Origin: the human T2T-CHM13v2.0 reference genome, Homo sapiens
NCBI RefSeq assembly: GCF_009914755.1
Contig: NC_060928.1
Length of the DNA stretch: 64,000 nucleotides
Reading direction: 5' to 3' (one strand)
Part shown: piece after piece, positions 33,958 through 51,482 of the stretch
Numbering within the stretch: position 1 is the stretch's first letter
How the letters are laid out: each line of letters begins with the position of its first letter
The notes under the pieces: generated by a model
Databases searched by the model: none
The model's input: the letters and a program-made list of their open reading frames with translations, nothing else
Told to the model about the DNA's origin: nothing
Position numbers and translations under genes: made by a program

Positions 33958-34253
33958 AACTATAGGAATTTCAAAGCATAGGAGTTTGAAAGACTGAAAT
34001 AGCTATGGGCTTCAAAAATCATATGTGGGAAAACAAACACAGTTAGAAAATTTATTTATTCAGGGCTGGGTTCTCACTACTGTAAAAAAGTAGAGGTAAA
34101 ATTTAACAGGTAATAATGTTCTACAATTTCTGTGCATTTCCTTTTTAATGAAAGTACTATTTAGGTGTCTGCAAAGCAATTTTGCTAATAGAATAACAGG
34201 TAGTGAGATCATTTTATACAATTAGCATAACTGACATTAGGAAAATGTAGATG

Positions 34254-34630
34254 GCGCCAAGTGCAGTGGCTCACACCTGTTATCCTAGCACTTTAGGACT
34301 GTTTGAGGCCAGGAGTTTAATGCCAGCCTGGCTAACACAGTAAGACTCCGCCTCTACAAAAATAAAGTAAAAAATTAGCTGGGCATGGTGGCACACGCCT
34401 GTAGCCCTAGCTACTCAGGAGGCTGAGGCAGGAGGATCACTTAAGCCCAGGTGTTCAAGGTTACAATGAGCTGTGATCATGCCACTTCACTCTAGTCTGG
34501 GTGACAGAGTGAGACCTTAAAGAAAAGAACACAGAGAAAGAGAGAGAGAAAGAGAAAAGGAAAGAGCGGAGGAAGGAAGGAAAGGAAGAAAGGAAGGAAG
34601 GAAGGAAGCAAGGAAGGGAGGGAGGGAAAG
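34254..34630 (+). mobile_element. AluJ-like with GA/GGAA-rich expanded tail
   Basis: Alu body 34254-34518; (GA)/(GGAA)n 34519-34630. Confidence 0.85.
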
Positions 34631-35466
34631 TAAGAATGACCCATAGTCATCTTATGCATGTCTTGCTCCAGATGTAGAATCAGTCATTTCTCCAAAACGT
34701 TTTAGTTTTTTTAAATGGGGAATGCTATTTAGAGGTCACAATCTGAGTGTGAAAGATGTTCATTGCTATTGCATTGGTAATTGTTTTTAAAACTTTTTCT
34801 TCAGAAGAGCCAGGGAATATGTATTTTTAGACAAAGTACATCATGAGTTCATACTGATATTCTCAATTCAAAATTAAGGTTAAAGTAGTTTTAATTAAAT
34901 TGTTTAAATTTGTATTTCTATTGCTTTTCTCTTATGTGGTAAAGCTTGGTTGATGACAATGTTAAAGTAATTACTTTTTGTTACCCGGTCATATGTTGCT
35001 AATGATATGGATACATTCTGAGAAATGCATTGTTAGGTGATTTCATTGTTGTGTGAACATCATAGACTGTACTTACACAAACCCAGATGGTATAGCCTAC
35101 TACACACTTAGGCTATATGCTGTAGCCTATTGTTCCTAGGCTATAAATCTATACAGCATGTTACTGTACTGAATACTGGAAAAGGTCCAGTAAAAATACA
35201 ATAGGAAAGGTGTTCACCTCACTGGCGTCCTGGACATGGGTTGTCTCCAGGAGCACTCAGGCCAGTGGACAGTGAGGGCGCAAGTTACAATTTGGATATA
35301 AAACCATTTTTCTAGCCCACCTTAGAGAAGACTTTTGACACACTAATCGGAATGGTTCCAATAGTCTACTTTGCAAGACATTTCAGATTCAAAGAATTTC
35401 CTTTGTAAAAACAACAAGGGAGGCATCACAGTTTTCCATTTACATCAACAACTTCAAGTTCTTACT

Positions 35467-36306
35467 ATGGAAAATTCAGAGACTGAAGTGGTTCTCCTTG
35501 CTGTAGCTCCTTCAATCCTATCACCAACAGGCACCTAAGGTTGTTTGAGCTGGCCAAGGACTATATGAATGGAACAGGAAGATATAGAGTTGTCAAACAC
35601 ATGATCTTTCCTGTTGGTGATGCTTATAAGAAGAAAGGACTCATTCCTGCCCATCACCAGGTCATCATAGCCGAACTTGCCACCAAGAATTCCAAGTGAG
35701 TGGAAGTTGATACATGGGAAAGTCTTCAGAAAAAGTGGAAAGAGACTATTACTTTGCTAACACACCATCAGGAGAAACTGGAGGCTACTAACTGTGATCA
35801 CAAGCAGAACTCACCTACACTAGAAAGGCCTGGATGGAAGAGGAAGAGAACTGAAAAAAGACAAGATTCTACTAAAAAAAAAATCCCTAGAGCCAAAACC
35901 AAAAGGTGCATCAAAGGTCAAGCTGCTGTGTGGGGCAGATTTACTGGAGTGCTTTGGTGTTCCTAATTTGTGGAAAGGTGAAAACATCACCCAAACTGTG
36001 GCTGACTATGGGCTCTTATGTATTACTTGGGCTGCAAATGATGCTCACAAATTCATCTATGACTCTAATGTGCTATGGAAACACCACAGCAACATTCATG
36101 TGGTGAATGAATGGATCACTAATGATATCTCATCCACAAAAATCCAGAGAGCCCTTAGAAGGGGCCAGAGCGTTCACTACTTGCTACCAGATCTTTTTCA
36201 AGAATACATCGAAAAGCATAATTTGTACAGCTCTGAGAGTGAAGACAGGAATGCTAGGGTCATGTTGGCCCCTTTGTAGAGAAATATTGCAGAAGCTAAG
36301 GCATAG
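35467..36306 (+). pseudogene. NMNAT1P: NMNAT1 CDS remnant (nicotinamide mononucleotide adenylyltransferase 1), disabled
   Basis: [37 protein letters not shown]...[10 protein letters not shown]...[10 protein letters not shown]...[17 protein letters not shown]...EAKA*; frameshift ~35502, TGA 35697, frameshift in A-run ~35875-35883, TAG 36277. Confidence 0.96.
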
Positions 36307-36484
36307 AAATCCTACAGCATGATGTTTTGCACTTCCCTTTTGAGTATTTGAAACAATCTGGGTGTTAGTGATGGGAAATAAATTGTGATCCTGTTGCTTA
36401 AACTAAAGCTTAAAAGTTTAGTAAAAATCAGTGGTAAGGTAAAATCAGCGTCTTTTTTTAAAAATTTTTATCAGAAGGTGCTAA

Positions 36485-36798
<314 letters not shown>

Positions 36799-37109
36799 TG
36801 TTTGGTCTTTTTTAAAAATATATGTATATATAAATCTTTTTAATCTTTCAAACAAGAGATTAGCAGCACACTAAATCCAGAAGAATTTTCTGTGAAACTA
36901 ACTACAAATAAGAAGTCAAAAAGAACATCCTAGGTCTACCACATAAAAGAAGCAAAGTGTGAAGCGCAAAAGTTCATTTAAAATTCTAACTCTGGGCTTT
37001 TTGGGTTCTAAGATTGCTGAATAGGAACAGCTCCAGTCTACAGCTCCAAGCGTGAGCAATGCAGAAGATGGATGATTTCTGCATTTCCAACTGAGGTACT
37101 GGGTTCATC

Positions 37110-37436
37110 TCACTGGGGCTTGTTGGACAGTGGGTGCAGCCCATGAAGTGTGAGCGGAAGCAGGGCGGGGCATCGCCTCACCCGGGAAGTGCAAGGGATC
37201 TGGGAATTCCCTTTCCTAGCCAAGGGAAGTTGTGACAGACTGTACCTGGAAAATTGAGACACTCCCACCCTAATACTGTGCTTTTCCAATGGTCTTAGCA
37301 AACGGTGCACCAGGAGATTATATCCCGTACCTGGCTTGGCAGGTCCCACGCCCATGGAGCCTCGCTCACTGCTAGCACAGCAGTCTGAGATTGAACTGCA
37401 AGACAGCAGCAAGGCTAGGGGAGGGGCGTCCTCCAT
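37110..37436 (-). CDS. L1 ORF0 homologue, open, 108 aa; expression unknown
   Basis: MEDAPPLALLLSCSSISDCCASSERGSMGVGPAKPGTGYNLLVHRLLRPLEKHSIRVGVSQFSRY... resembles recalled ORF0 MAGAPPPASLPPCSLISDCCASNQRDSVGVGPSEPG; context gcaATGG. Confidence 0.6.
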   Translation of the reverse strand: MEDAPPLALLLSCSSISDCCASSERGSMGVGPAKPGTGYNLLVHRLLRPLEKHSIRVGVSQFSRYSLSQLPLARKGNSQIPCTSRVRRCPALLPLTLHGLHPLSNKPQ

Positions 37437-38012
37437 TGCTGAGGCTTGAGTAGGTAAACAAAGTGGCCGCCAGGAAGCTCGAACAGGACGGAGCCCACCA
37501 CAGCTCAAGGAGGCCTGCCTGCCTCTGTAGATTCCACCTCTGAGGGCAGGGCATAGCTGAACAAAGGCAGCAGAAACTTTTGCAGACTTAAACATCCCTG
37601 TCTGACAGCTTTGAAGAGAGTAGTGGTTCTCCCGGCATGGAGTTTGAGATCTGAGAACGGACAGACTGCCTCCTCAAGTGGGTCCCTGACCCCCGAGTAG
37701 CCTAACTGGGAGACACCTCCAGTAGGATCCGACTGACACCTCATACAGCCGGGTGCCCCTCTGAGACGAAGCATCCAAAGGAAGGATCAGGCAGCAACAT
37801 TTGCTGTTCTGCAATATTTTCTGTTCTGCAGCCTCCGCTGGTGATACTCAGGCAAACAGGGTCTAGAGTGGACCTCCAGCAAACTCCAACAGACCTGCAG
37901 CTGAGGGTCCTGACTGTTAGAAGGAAAACTAACAAACAGAAAGGACATCCACACCAAAATCCCATCTGTATGTCACAATCATCAAAGACCAAAGGTAGAT
38001 AAAACCACAAAG

Positions 38013-39015
38013 ATGGGGAGAAACCAGAGCAGAAAAGCTGAAAATTCCAAAAATCAGAGCACCTCTTCTCTTCCAAGGGAACACAGCTCCTCACCAGCAA
38101 TGGAACAAAGCTGGACAGAGAATGACTTTGACGAGTTGAGAGAAGAAGGCTTCAGACGATCAGTAATAACAAACTTCTCCAAGATAAAGGAGGATGTTTG
38201 AACCCATCACAAAGAAGCTAACAACCTTGATAAAAGATTAGATGAATGGCTAACTAGAATAAACAGCATAGAGAAGACCTGAAATGACCTGATGGAGCTG
38301 AAAACCATGGCACAAGAACTACATGACACATGCACAAGCTTCAGTAGCCGATTCGATCAAGTGGAAGAAAGGGTATCAGTGATTGAAGATCAAATGAATG
38401 AAATGAAGTGAGAAGAGAAGTTTAGAGAAAAAAAAGTAAAAAGACATGGACAAAGCCTCCAAGAAATATGGGACTATGTGAAAAGACCAAATCTACGTCT
38501 GATTGGTGTACCTGAAAGTGACAGGGAGAATGGAACCAAGTTGGAAAACACTCTGCAGGATATTATCCAGGAGAACTTCCCCAACCTAGCAAGGCAGGCC
38601 AACATTCAAATTCAGGAAATACAGAGAATGCCACAAAGATACTCCCTGAGAAGAGCAACTCCAAGACACATAATTGTCAGAGTCACCAAAGATGAAATGA
38701 AGGAAAAATGTTAAGGGCAGCCAGAGAGAAAGGTTGGGTTACCCACAAAGGGAATCCCATCAGACTAACAACGGATCTCTCGGCAGAAACTCTACAAGCC
38801 AGAAGAGAGTGGGGGCCAATATTCAACAACCCAGAATTTCATATCCAGCCAAACTAAGCTTCATAAGTGAAGGAGAAATAAAATACTTTACAGACAAGCA
38901 AATGCTGACAGATTTTGTCACCACCAGGCCTGCCTTACAAGAGCTCCTGAAGGAAGCACTAAACACGGAAAGGAACAACCAGTACCAGCCACTGCAAAAA
39001 CATGCCAAATTGTAA
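38013..39015 (+). pseudogene. L1 ORF1 remnant
   Basis: Fragments 38013..38201, 38478..38714, 38734..39015; several CGA>TGA stops; small deletion near 38827. Confidence 0.9.
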
Positions 39016-39078
39016 AGACCATCGATGCTAGGAAGAAACTGCACCAACTAACGGGCAAAATAACCAGCAAACATCATA

Positions 39079-42107
<3,029 letters not shown>

Positions 42108-42648
42108 ACAATGAGAACACTTGGACACAGGGTGGGGAACATCACACACCAGGGCCTGTCGTGGGGTAGGGTTAGCAGGGAGGAATAGCATTAGGAGATA
42201 TACCTAATGTAAATGATGAGTTAATGGGTGCAACACACCAACATAGCAGATATATACATACGTAACAAAACTGCACATTGTGCACATGTACCCTATAACT
42301 TAAAGTATAATAATAAAAAAAATAAAATTCTAACTTTGGTTATGAAGTGAATTGACATTTTATGTGTGCCTCTTTGTGGGTAATCTGCAGCCAGGGTAGA
42401 CAAAAGAAGGATTTCTTAACGTGGTGATCTTGTAAAATGCACCATTGATAAATCATCTCCAGTTACACCAAATAAAGATTGTGCATAGGCCTGGCAGAAA
42501 CATTGTACCAATAGTTAGTTCTCTGTGGCAGACATCAGAATTGCCAACTGAACTTTAGCAAGACCTATCTCCCTGGAGCTCCACCTTTGGAGGTAGGGAG
42601 TGAGGTCCAAGCCCTCATATGTTTAGAAACATACACAGGTATTTCTGA

Positions 42649-43029
<381 letters not shown>

Positions 43030-44785
43030 TGACAGATTGCTACCTTGAATTGAGAGAACCACAGAGAATGAGGGGTCTCATTCAATGAGTTAATAAGTCT
43101 GAATGTTCTTAGCCTTTATTGATAGCTTAATCAGCAGACCTGAGTGGACTTCTCTCACACTGTTATGCCTTCCTACTTAGAAGTACCCGTGGCCTGCTCA
43201 GCTGTGACTCTGCTGACCTCAGGACCTCACTGGTCAAGGTATGTAGGGACCCTTGCAGGAGACTTGGTAATGGTGAAATGATCCTATCGTTACATTATCT
43301 ATGGAGCAACAACTTTGTACAGAGAACCAGCTGCTTGGCTTTTTCTCCCAGTGCCCAGGATGCTGCTGATGCGGCCGTGTAATAGCATAATTTTGGGTGT
43401 CCTCAAGGACAGAACTTCCCCTTGGAATGGAAGTTAGAACAATGTACTTCACAGGGGAATAAATATTAATGACAGCTATGATTTTCTTTAAGGAAGAAGA
43501 AAATATGCCATTGTTGGTTCCCTCTCGCATCATTTCCATAATTTGCTTTTGTACTGTGAATTTAGAGGAAATGAGTGATGCTGGTGTTTTGTTTTGCTTG
43601 TTTGTTTGATGCTGGGGTTTTATGTGTTGTACACTTTTTACCCCTTACATTGTGTCATTTAAATGCAACAAACCTGCAGTAAAAGTCCTTTATTGGCATC
43701 TTCATTCAGATGAAAAATAAAATAAAATAGGAAAGATTTTTAAATGGTACACTTGCATAGGGCATTTACCATGAATAGAGCTTGCAGGACTGGAAATTGC
43801 TCTGTGTGAGTAGATGAGTGAGTGGTGGGTGAATGGGAAGGCCTAGGACATTACTATACACTACTGTAGACTTTATAAACACTGCACACTTAGGCTACAC
43901 TAAATTTATATAATAAAAGTTATCTTCAATAATAAATTAACCTTAGCTTACTGTAACTTTTCGATTTTATAAACTTTAAAATTTTTTAACTTTTGGAGTA
44001 TTTTGTAATCACTTAGCTTAAAATACAAACACATTGTACAATTGTACGAAAATATTTTCTTTATATTATTATTCCATAAACTTTTTATATTTTTAAATTA
44101 AAAAAAAATTTTTTTTTTGCTTTTTAAATTTTTTTTTGTCAAAAATTAAGACACAGACACACACATTAACCTAGGCCTGCACAGGATAAGCATCAGTATC
44201 ACTGCTTCCCACTGTCACATCTTGCCCCACTGGAAGATGACATGCATGGAGCTGTCACCTCCTACTATAACAATACCTTCTTCTGGAATACCTCCTGAAG
44301 GACCTGCCTGAGATTGCTTTACAGTTAACTTTTTTTTTTAATAAGTAGAACTACACCCTAAAATAATGATAAAAAATACAGTATAGCAAACACATAAACC
44401 AGTAACATAGTCATTTGTTATCAAGTATTATGTACTGTACATAATTGTATGTGCTATACTTTTATGCAACTGGCAGTACAGCCAGTTTGTTAACACCAGC
44501 ATCACCGCAAACAGGAGTAATGCATCATGCTATGACATTATGATGGCAATGTCACTAGGTGACAGGAATTCCTCAGCTCCATTATAATCTTATGTGAGAC
44601 CACCATCATACAGGCAGTCCATCATTGACCAAAACATCACTATGTGTTGCATCATTGTATATTTTTATGATAATTTCAAATTAAAAATGCCAAATATTAT
44701 TAATAATGATATGACTACTGAAAGTTTTCTTTTCTAGTTATTTTTGCCCTTCAATTATATTCCACGAAGGATTTACAGATTGTTG

Positions 44786-45335
<550 letters not shown>

Positions 45336-46811
45336 TTTTTTAAGTCATTTGAAATAATTCCTTTCTGTATCACAAGCTTGATTAACAGGTTGATTTGTTT
45401 TTTATTTTAGTTTCTATTGATTCTTTTACAAAATGACTTTCACTTTATAAGTAAATAGAATATTTCCAGGGTTCAAAGTCAAATCCACAAAACATGGTAT
45501 ATTCAGAGAAATCTAGCTTCCATCCTGTTTTTTCTACCTTTCTTCCCCTCTGCCCTCTATGTAACTTTAAAACATTTTTTGTTTATCCTTCCATTATTGT
45601 TTTTTATGATCAAACATGTATATATTCATATCCCTCACCTTTTAAAAATAAATGACAACATACAATACATATTTTTTCTCTACTCAACTTTTTTCACTTA
45701 ACAATATATCCTGGCAATTACTCTCTGTAGCATATAGAAAACAGACCTAACACTTTGTTATAGCTCCAAAGTACTCCATCGTGTTAATTCAGCTAGACCT
45801 CTAGGAATGGACAGTTGTGTTGTTTCCAGTCTTTGACAAAGCCAAGGTTTTTGAGAATGGAAGAATGACTAGTAGTGTTTAATGAATCTGAGCCATGCAA
45901 TAGAATAAAGACAGAAAAGTATTTATTAGATTTGGCAATACAAAGGTCAATAAAATTTTAACCAGGGATGTATATACACAACCTACCCAGCAGTATGCAG
46001 TGGCCCTGCCTCAGCAAGAACAGTTTCAATGGCATGGAGCAGACAGAAGTTGGATTTTAGTGGGTTATGGGATGAATGTGACTTATGAAAATGAAGACAG
46101 TGGGGGCCTAAACTACTTTTTCTGGAAGTGTGAATGAGAAGAGAAAAAGAACATGGCTAAAACTAGATACATATTTAGGAGCAAGAGGGGTTTTATTTTT
46201 GTGGCTCTGTTTTGTGTATTTATAAGCGTGTGCATATGTGTATATTTTTAGGATGTTTACTGTTTGGGGAAAGGAGCCAATGGAGAGAAAGAGTTGAGAC
46301 TACAGGAAAAGAAAGGTTGTTGCTAGTGAAGAAATTGTGCGATTCCTCATTTTTTGAAGAGAAGACTCCTGAGGTTATTGAGAGTATGATTGAAAAATAT
46401 AAAGCTGTCCACCCCCTAACATCACTCTCTGATACATTACCCTGTTTTATTGTCCTCATAGCTTAGATTTCACATCTTATATTGTGTTCCAGTGTTCACT
46501 GTTGCTCTCCTCAATTAAAATATCATTGCCAACTTAAAGTGGAAGCTTCTTGCTCACTGCAATCATCCAGTGCCTAGAACTGTGCCCAGCATGCAGCAGG
46601 TACTCATTAAACATTAGCCAACTAAGTTAATATTGTTCTTTCACTGTCACCAGGACTTTCTATAGTAACGTTCCCATGTTTTTACTTATTATTTTATCTC
46701 CTGTGATTTTACACAAAGCATTCCAACTTAGCCATGGCTTTTGGGGACAATACAATCCATTTGAAATGGATACAATTTGAGCTTAAGCACCTTAAGAAGA
46801 AAACACAAACT

Positions 46812-47115
46812 TGGTTGGCTGTGGTGGCTCACCTACATCTGAATCCCTCTGGGTTCTACCCAGGACTCCGGGAAGCCAAGGCTGGAGGATCATTTGAGGC
46901 CAGGAGTTCAAGACCAGGAAGATCCTATCTCCATTAAAAAAAAAAAAATAGCTGGTTGTGGTGGCATGCATCTTCAGTCCTAGAACTACTAGGGAGGCTG
47001 AGATGGGAGGATGGCTCGAACTCAGGAGTTCAAGCCTGTAGTGAGCTGTGATTGCACTACTTCACTCCAGCTTGGGAGACAGAGTAAGACCTCAAAACAA
47101 ACAAACAAAAAACAA
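46812..47115 (+). mobile_element. AluJ-like
   Basis: ggaggatcatttgaggccaggagttcaagacc...gggagacagagtaagacc. Confidence 0.85.
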
Positions 47116-47502
47116 CTTCAGGAAGTCTTATTTAGGCAAAATGGAGTCTCCCTTTGTTAGCTGGGGAAAAAAGAGATCACCTTGTCTCAAATGGAAAGGC
47201 ACAACATTAGCCTGTCGTTTGAAAGATGAGGTAACTTAGGGTATAAACTGATACAGAGTGGAATAATCTTTCGGGAAACCAGAAGAAGGGCATTTTCTCA
47301 TGAGAGAGTGAACTTTTATGATCCACAATTATTGCAAATAAATTGCAGCCTGTGGCTGTTCCACTATGGTAGTATCTGGGACTTTTTAATTTAGAGGTAA
47401 AATATTAGCAAGCAAATTTGGCCACAGATCTAAGGCCAAATCTTCCAGTCCACTTTTTAGATAATAAAGATAATATTTAGACTTTTATCTCTCTGACTTC
47501 TG

Positions 47503-47670
47503 ATTTTTGTTTGTTTGTTTTGTTTTTTTGGGACAGAGTCTGCCACCTAGGCTGGAGTGCCCTGGTGCAATCATAGCTCACTGTGGCCTTTAACTCTCGG
47601 GCTGAAGCGATCCTCCCGCCTTAGCCTCCCAAAGCGCTGGAATTACAGGTATAAGCCACCGCGCTGGGCC
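47503..47670 (-). mobile_element. FLAM/Alu monomer
   Basis: ctcccaaagcgctggaattacaggtataagccaccgcgctgggcc. Confidence 0.85.
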
Positions 47671-48713
47671 TGATTTCGGTCCTTATTTGCCTTCATACTT
47701 AGGAGAGCAAGCAGGTGTCATTTATTGACCATCCTCTAAAAACCCTCAATAGACAGTGTTCAAATATGTATAATTCAGCTGCATAGCCAATCCTTTCAGA
47801 CTGATCATTATGGATCTTTTTTAATTAAAAAAATTCTTCTTCATAACTACTACAGTTGGATAACATTAAAGGAAGTCATACAAGGCAAGATTTTTCAAAG
47901 AAACATCTAAGGTACATGTTGCAACTCTAACTGATACATACCTTTTTTTCCTGTGCTTCTTTCCATATATCCTAAATACTGTCTTGGAGGCAAGACCCCT
48001 TAAGTAGGTTCATGCTCACAGAACCTTGAGGCTTTCTTCTTAATTTCCAGCTCAGCTCCTAAAATCTTTCTTCTTATTGCCTTCTTTCAAGCCAAAAGGA
48101 AAGCATTTTTTGTTGTTGTCAATGCTGTGCTTTTAAGTACCTGTTTATATTCTAAAGAAAAGGGGAAAAGACCTATTTAGGAAGTCTCGGCCTTGAGAGT
48201 GAAAAGCCATTGACTCTTCCATATAACCAGGAGGAGACAACATTCCACTTTACCCTTTTCTCAGGGTTAAATTTGGGAAGAAAAATTACTGTAAGGTTTT
48301 TTTTTCTACCTCAGTAAAATTATACCTTAGAAAAGCTAATGGTCTTAGCAACAGCTTGAGATCACAATTGCTTCAGATATAAAATTAAGAAGCTATTTCT
48401 GAATATATCTGAATCTTTCTAGATCAGAATATTTTAAAATAAAACCTTTTAAATGTCTAGAACAGAAATTCACAATATTTTATGACTCTTCTAACTTATT
48501 ACCAAGAAACAACTTGTACATTCTCTGCAGAAAGAATAAAACTCAATAGAATAAAGACAGGAGGATTATTAAAACAACAAGTATTTCAAAAGATTACCTA
48601 CCTATGTGTTAATAAGTCTCAACCAGTAAAGTCAGAAATAAGTGACAAACATAGTAAGACAAAAAAAAAAAAAGCCTTCAGTAGCAGGGACTCCCATTTG
48701 CCTATCCAATATT

Positions 48714-48923
48714 CAGTGGTGTGCTGGTAAAAGTTTAACAACTGCCTCTCCACAAAAGGGGGCAGGGCCTTAATTTTCAGTGTTTGACAATTTTTGCAAC
48801 GTAAATACTCCCACCATGGCCAATTTCAGGCTACCAATGTGTTTCATGATAAGCTTGCAAAGAATCTGAAAATGTCACCTTCAGCTCTCACAGCCAGTAC
48901 AAGTCATTTGGAGCACACCACTG
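48714..48923 (+). mobile_element. MER63A-like hAT-Blackjack MITE
   Basis: TIRs cagtggtgtgctgg ... ggagcacaccactg. Confidence 0.8.
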
Positions 48924-49004
48924 CATTCATCTTTTACTTTCTTTCTCACTTTGTCATTTTGTTGCCTGGATTAAAAATAATTTGCTTAGATTAAAAACCA
49001 AAAA

Positions 49005-49485
49005 TGATATTTCCTAGCCATCCTTGCAAATAGGAAAAGCCACATGAGAGTTCTCACCAAGGATGCATAGGCAGATGTTGTAGTAGTGATGACAGCCTAT
49101 CACCCATGGTGGTGGTAGGTGGTGTCTTCCTTAAAAGGACTTCAGGCTTGGTCCATCCCTCTTGTCCTTGCCTGTTTATTTTTCCTGTCGAGAATAAAGA
49201 GGTGACTGGAGCTGCAGTGGCCATTTTATAATCAACAATGAGGGAGAGGCAAAGGGAATCACAGAGACCTTGGCCTAACACCTCTGAGTCGATTACTTGG
49301 GGTTTTTAAAATTTACCTGACACACATTCAAACCCCTGGTTTGTGCCAGATATGGCCCTGAGCTACCCTACTGAACTATGCCTGAAATTCCTTTTTCTGG
49401 TCTCTTTCTACAAGAGATGAAGTAAATCCTATCTTGCTTAAGCCACTGTTATTTAGGTTTTGTATTAAATGTAGCCAAAGCCAAT
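49005..49485 (+). mobile_element. Old MaLR LTR (MLT1J/K-like)
   Basis: tttcctagccatccttgcaaatagg; gctgcagtggccatttt; ttaagccactgttatttaggtttt. Confidence 0.6.
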
Positions 49486-49749
49486 CTTTCAGCATGGAAA
49501 ACCTTGCCAATGGATGAAGGCCTAGTGAAGGGAAATTACTTTTGAAAGCAAAACCGTTAAATAATTTGTTTCTGGAAATCATGTGATCATTAAAACTTTA
49601 AAAAAGGGACTAACCCACTAACTGAGTCTACCTAAAATACTTCACTTAAGTACAACACTATGAATGTCCAGTGAAAAGAATATTGGCTACATTTGCTGAA
49701 CACATATATATGCCAGATACCTCATTAAGTACTTTAGAGGCATTAGCAT

Positions 49750-49940
49750 ACTCGCTGTGTGACCTTGGGAAGTCACGTAACATGTTGGTGTTTCAGTTTT
49801 CTCATCTATAAAATGGAAATAGCATAGTATCTATCTCATAGGATTGATTTGAAGAATAAAGGAGTTTATAACATATATGTAAGGTGCTCAAAACAATGTC
49901 TGGCAAATAGTAAACATAAGTGTTAGCTATTATTATCACT
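49750..49940 (+). mobile_element. MIR SINE
   Basis: gctgtgtgaccttgggaagtcac...cagttttctcatctataaaatgg...tgttagctattatta. Confidence 0.85.
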
Positions 49941-50139
49941 AGTATTATTGTTCCTCACAAACTCTATTCAATAAACACTGATACTATCCACAGATAAGGA
50001 AGATGGCATCTACCTTGTATGGAGATTTGAGACTGAAAGAGATGATGCCTCTCAGGTGTTTAGTATTGTGACAGGTAAATGCTCTGTCAACTCTAGCCAT
50101 TATAAGTTTGATATTTAACAACACTTGAAAAAGGCTCTC

Positions 50140-50503
50140 ATTTTAAATTTATTTCAATACTTTTTGGGGAACAGGTGGTTTTCATTACATGGATAAGTTC
50201 TTTAGTGGTGACTTCTGAGATTCTGGGGCACCCATCACCTGAGCAGTGTACACTGTACCCAATGTGTAGTCTTTTATCCCTTACCCCCACCTCCACCTTT
50301 CCCTGACAAGTCCCCAAAGTCCACTGTATCGTTCTTACGTCTTTGCATCCTCATAGCTTAGCTCCCACTTATAAGTGAGAGTATACAACAATTGGTTTTC
50401 CATTCCTAAGTTATTTCACTCAGAAGAATGGTCTCCAACTCCATCCAGGTTGCTGTGAATGGTGTTATTTTGTTCCTTTTTATGGCTGAGTAGTATACCA
50501 TGG

Positions 50504-50590
<87 letters not shown>

Positions 50591-51482
50591 CTTTTTTTTT
50601 GAGACAGAGTCTTGCTCCGTCACCCAGGCTGGAGTGCAGTGGTGCGATCTCAGCTCACTGGGCAACCTCTGCCTCTGGGTTTAAGCGATTCTTCCACCTC
50701 AGCCTCCCAAGTAGCTGGGATTACAGGTGCCCACCACCATGCCCAGCTAATTTTAGTATTTTTAGTAGACACTTGGTTTCTCCATGTTGGGCAGGCTGAT
50801 CTCAAACTCCTGACCTCAGGTAATCCACTCACCTCAGCTTCCCAAAGTGCTGGGATTACAGGGGTGAGCCACCATGCCCAGCTCACATTATCTTTATCCA
50901 CTTGCTGCTTGATGGATATTTAGGCTGGTTCCATATTTTTGCAATTGCAAATTGTGCTGCTATAAACATGTATGTGCAAGTGTCTTGTTCATATAATGAC
51001 TTCTTTTCCTCTGGGAAGATACCCAACAGTGGGGTTGCTGGATCAAAGGTAGTTCTACTTTTAGTTCTTTAAGGAATCTCCATACTCTTTTTCATAGTAG
51101 TTGTATTAGTTTACATTCCCAATAGCAGTGTAAAAGTGTTCCCTTTCACCACATCCATACCAACATCTATTATTTTTGATTTTTAAATTATGGCCATTCT
51201 TGCAGGAGTAAGATGGTATCTCACTGTGGTTTTAATTTGCATCTCCCTGATAATTAGTGATGTTGAGCATTTTTTTCATGTTTGTTGGTCATTTGTGTAT
51301 CTTCTTTTGAGAATTGTCTGCTTATATTTATGTCCTTAACCCACTTTTTGATGGGATTATTATTATTATTATTGTTTGCTGATTTATTTGAGTTCCTTGT
51401 AGATTCTGGATATTAGTCCTTTGTCGGAGGCATAGTTTGCAAATATTTTCTCCCACTCTGTGGGTTGTCTGTTTACTCTGCT
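50140..51482 (-). mobile_element. L1PB-type 3' fragment containing (CA)n(TA)n at 50507-50589 and an Alu at 50592-50885
   Basis: ggggaacaggtggttttcattacatggataagttctttagtggtg; ctcccacttataagtgag. Confidence 0.88.

Noticed and set aside
35700-36279. NMNAT-like ORFs as a functional retrogene
   Set aside because: Two frameshifts and two premature stops; the N-terminal nucleotide-binding motif is out of frame.
50507-50589. (CA)n(TA)n array as a special repeat system
   Set aside because: Common microsatellite expansion in an L1 3' region next to an Alu tail; no repeat-spacer structure. No CRISPR-like arrays seen in the window.
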